Positions 8,552-10,721 of a stretch of DNA of 10,721 nt are shown in pieces. A program made the position numbers and the translations under genes. Position 1 is the first letter of the stretch, and each line of letters begins with the position of its first letter. The notes under the pieces were generated by a model. The model saw only the letters and a list, made by a program, of their open reading frames with translations, was not told the origin of the DNA and did no database searches. Origin of the DNA: Candidatus Eiseniibacteriota bacterium. GTDB lineage: Bacteria; Eisenbacteria; RBG-16-71-46; CAZEPH01. Location: NCBI GenBank assembly GCA_044229145.1, contig JBGATO010000109.1:1-10721 (forward strand), given 5' to 3'.

Positions 8552-8567
8552 GGCAACGTGCGTGCCG
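8552..8567 (-). promoter_or_regulatory. Putative sigma54 (-24/-12) promoter, minus strand
   Basis: CGGCACG-CACG-TTGCC versus consensus TGGCACG-N4-TTGCW, with exact GG-N10-GC spacing, about 70 nt upstream of ATG 8482. Confidence 0.65.
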
Positions 8568-8650
8568 GACATCGTGACGGTCGCGCTCTCGGGCGCATGC
8601 GCCACTCTCGTCCACGCGTCGACGCCCCTCGCGACGCGCCAGGATGGAAC

Positions 8651-8667
8651 CTGGCGCGCGGCGTGCA
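8651..8667 (+). promoter_or_regulatory. Putative sigma54 (-24/-12) promoter, plus strand
   Basis: CTGGCGCG-CGGC-GTGCA has 2 mismatches to YTGGCACG-N4-TTGCW and GG-N10-GC spacing, 40 nt upstream of GTG 8708. Confidence 0.45.
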
Positions 8668-8707
8668 GCACATCGCCGCGAACGCAGGACGCAGGAGGAC
8701 CACTCAG

Positions 8708-9109
8708 GTGGGTGACACACACCGTCGTGAGGAGTGGGAGGGGACCCTCGAAGCATTCGGCGCGACGCCGACGCCGGCCATTCTCTCGGTGCAACATCGT
8801 CCACCCGCCGAACGCGCGCTGCGCACCGGCGGCTCGCTGCTCGGCGGCTTCGCGGCTGCCGCGGCGATGGCACTCGTGCCGCCCCACATCCCGTGGATCC
8901 TCGGGTGGTCGTCGGCCGGCATCTACTTCGCGGTGCGCTGGGCGCGCGAGGACGTGTCGCTGCTCGGCGCGCGCGGCGAATGTCCGCGCTGCCACCAGAT
9001 CGCCAACCTGAAGCCTGGCGGGCGCGCCGCGGCCGAACGCCGCGTGCACTGCCCGCACTGCCGTGAACAACTGCATCTGACGACGACGCGGACACGCGTC
9101 GCGTCCTGA
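8708..9109 (+). CDS. Membrane protein with two TM segments and a C-terminal CxxC...CxxC zinc-ribbon-like domain, 133 aa
   Basis: SD AGGAGG at 8693-8698 before GTG 8708, in frame with the 8432..9109 track ORF. Hydrophobic hairpin (SLLGGFAAAAAMALVPPHIPWILGWSSAGIYFAV), then ECPRC and HCPHC. Confidence 0.78.
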   Translation: MGDTHRREEWEGTLEAFGATPTPAILSVQHRPPAERALRTGGSLLGGFAAAAAMALVPPHIPWILGWSSAGIYFAVRWAREDVSLLGARGECPRCHQIANLKPGGRAAAERRVHCPHCREQLHLTTTRTRVAS

Positions 9110-9138
9110 CTCCCTAACGACCCGAAAGGAGATTCTCG

Positions 9139-9790
9139 ATGTCCGACGCCACTCCGGTTTCGCTGCCGCGCATCGGCGACACCGCGCCCGACTTCACCGC
9201 CGTCACCACGCACGGCGAACTCACCTTCTCCGCCTGGCAGGGCGACTCGTGGGCGGTACTCTTCTCGCACCCGGCCGACTTCACGCCGGTGTGCTCGACC
9301 GAACTCACCGAACTGGCGAAGCTCCAGGACGAGTTCAGCCGCCGCCACGCCAAGCTGATCGGCATCTCGATCGACAGCATCCACTCGCACCTGGCGTGGG
9401 TGGAAAATCTCAAGTCGATCCTCGGCGTCGCGCTGCCCTACCCGCTGATCGCCGACTCGCACTCGAAGGTGGCCGAGAAGTACGGCATGATCCACCCGGG
9501 CGAGAGCAGCACGGTGACCGTGCGCGCGCTGTTCTTCATTGACCCGAAGCGCGTCATCCGGGCGATCATCTATTACCCGCTCAACGTCGGCCGGAACACC
9601 GCGGGAGGTGGTGCGCGTGCTGGACGCGCTGCAGACTTCGGATGCCAACTCCGTCGCCTGTCCGGTCAACTGGACGCCGGGCGACAAGGTCATCGTCCCG
9701 GCCCCGAAGTCCGAGGCGGATGTCGAGGCGCGCAAGAAGATGGAAGGCGTCGAGCGGCTCGACTTCTACTTGGTGAAGAAGTCGCTGTAG
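9139..9790 (+). CDS. Peroxiredoxin, Prx6 class; frameshifted at 9603-9605 as given, 216 aa if corrected
   Basis: SD AAAGGAGA. Motifs GDTAPDF, LFSHPADFTPVCSTE, TVRALFFIDP and YYPLNVGRN. The family C-terminus EVVRVLDALQ..ACPVNWTPGDKVIVP continues in another frame after an extra G (ACC GCG [G] GAG GTG). Confidence 0.94.
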
Positions 9791-9809
9791 GCGCGGCGGC
9801 CCGACGGGG

Positions 9810-9849
9810 CGCGGCGGCGTGGGGACACCGCGCCGCCGCGTTTGCTTTT
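9810..9849 (+). terminator. Rho-independent terminator after the peroxiredoxin
   Basis: Stem CGCGGCGGCGTGG(9810-9822) pairs with CCGCGCCGCCGCG(9828-9840), 13 bp including one G-U, 5-nt loop, followed by TTTGCTTTT. Confidence 0.8.
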
Positions 9850-9916
9850 GCCGGCCGCTGCGCTAGGCTGGATGGGCTCCCGCCGGCCTCCTCGTCTCCC
9901 GTCCGGAGGTGATTCC

Positions 9917-10721
9917 GTGCGCCGACGTGCCGTGATTCTTGCCATCCTCTGCGTGCCCGCCGCCGTGGCCGCGCATCCGGATCCGCCGCGCCCTGCGCTT
10001 GCCGCGACGTGGCGCGTCGACGGCCCGCAAGATTCCAGCATGTTCGGCAGCGCCATGTGCGGCGCCGGCGACGTGAACCGCGACGGATACGACGACGTCC
10101 TGGTGGCGGCGCGCTTCGAGGATCACCCCGAAATCGACGAGGGCCGGGCGTACTTGTTCCTCGGCGGCCCCTCCGGCCTGGCGTCCGTCCCGGCCTGGAC
10201 GGCCGAGAGCAATCAACCCGGCGCGCGCTTCGGCGAATCCGCCGCCGGCCTCGGCGACGTCAACGGCGACGGCTACGACGACGTGGCGATCGGCGCGGTG
10301 CTGTTCGACACGACGCAGGGCGACGCCGGCAAGGTCTTCGTCTATCTCGGCGGGCCGCTTGGCTTGTCCGCCGCGCCCGCCTGGTCGTGGAGCACGAACC
10401 AGGGCAGCAGCTACACCGGCAATAGCGTCGCCGGGGCCGGAGACGTCAACGGCGACGGCTACGACGACTTGCTCGTCGCCGCGCACTACTGGGACGCGCC
10501 CGACGTCAACGAAGGCGGCGCATTCCTCTTCCTCGGCGGGCCTGGTGCTTTGGGCACCAGCCCTGCCTGGACCGGGCAAGGCGACCAGGCGCTCGCCGAC
10601 TACGGCTTCGCGGTGGCCGGCGCCGGTGACGTCAACCGGGACGGGTTCGACGACATCCTCGTGAGCGCTCTCGCGTACGACGTCAGCGTACCGGATCAAG
10701 GGCGCGTGTACCTGTACTTCG
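9917..10721 (+). CDS. Secreted FG-GAP (integrin alpha beta-propeller-like) repeat protein, 3' truncated by the window end
   Basis: Absent from the ORF track because it has no stop. SD GGAGGT at 9905-9910, GTG 9917, signal peptide MRRRAVILAILCVPAAVAA. Four repeats of (F/Y/T)G..(A/L)GDVN(G/R)DG(Y/F)DD...G..(Y/F)L(F/Y), open for 268 codons to the edge. Confidence 0.93.
   Translation, partial: MRRRAVILAILCVPAAVAAHPDPPRPALAATWRVDGPQDSSMFGSAMCGAGDVNRDGYDDVLVAARFEDHPEIDEGRAYLFLGGPSGLASVPAWTAESNQPGARFGESAAGLGDVNGDGYDDVAIGAVLFDTTQGDAGKVFVYLGGPLGLSAAPAWSWSTNQGSSYTGNSVAGAGDVNGDGYDDLLVAAHYWDAPDVNEGGAFLFLGGPGALGTSPAWTGQGDQALADYGFAVAGAGDVNRDGFDDILVSALAYDVSVPDQGRVYLYF
10043..10721 (+). repeat. Intragenic degenerate tandem repeat, 186 nt (62 aa) period, at least 4 units
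   Basis: GAC GT(G/C) AAC (DVN) begins at 10070, 10256, 10442 and 10628, exactly 186 nt apart. Confidence 0.9.

Noticed and set aside
8646..8651. GGAACC as an ECF sigma -35 element
   Set aside because: No convincing ECF -10 at the expected spacing. The adjacent sigma54-like element fits better.
8432..8707. N-terminal 92 codons of the 8432..9109 track ORF
   Set aside because: They overlap the divergent small gene and the promoter region. The SD AGGAGG supports the start at GTG 8708.
6012..9095. 1027-aa minus-strand ORF
   Set aside because: Antisense shadow of well-supported plus-strand genes, with low-complexity Arg/Ala composition and no recognisable domain.
6112..9612. Programmed ribosomal frameshifting or phase variation as an explanation for the two frameshifts
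   Set aside because: Neither site has a slippery heptamer or a long homopolymer tract (only 2-3 nt runs), and I know of no recoding in these families.
9863..10699. 278-aa minus-strand ORF with repeated VAVDV motifs
   Set aside because: Antisense mirror of the FG-GAP repeats on the plus strand.
10043..10721. Regularly spaced repeats as a possible CRISPR array or non-coding repeat
   Set aside because: The period is 186 nt, in frame, and degenerate at synonymous positions, so these are protein-coding FG-GAP repeats. No cas genes are present.

Overview
GC-rich (roughly 70% by eye) bacterial chromosomal segment, densely coding, with no rRNA, tRNA, CRISPR array or mobile element visible. Left to right: (+) a tightly packed run of a SPOR-domain protein C-terminus, a Zn-dependent histone-deacetylase-family enzyme, a PLP threonine aldolase, a VIT1/CCC1 Fe/Mn transporter and an MFS transporter; (-) an alkylation adaptive-response pair, an Ada(N)-AraC-AlkA fusion plus ogt; (+) a divergent, atypical calcineurin-like metallophosphoesterase; (+) a secreted hypothetical protein; a back-to-back pair of sigma54-like promoters serving a small hydrophobic minus-strand ORF on one side and a membrane CxxC/CxxC protein followed by a Prx6-type peroxiredoxin on the other; an intrinsic terminator; and the start of a secreted FG-GAP repeat protein absent from the ORF track. 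The ada-alkA gene (1 nt missing near 6121) and the peroxiredoxin (1 extra G at 9603-9605) each carry a single-base frameshift in a short homopolymer, most likely sequencing or assembly error. I see no clear-cut new system. The least explained part is the divergent sigma54-like module at 8333-9790, followed by the compact ada/phosphoesterase control region with two apparently leaderless promoters. All family calls come from motif recognition, not database searches.
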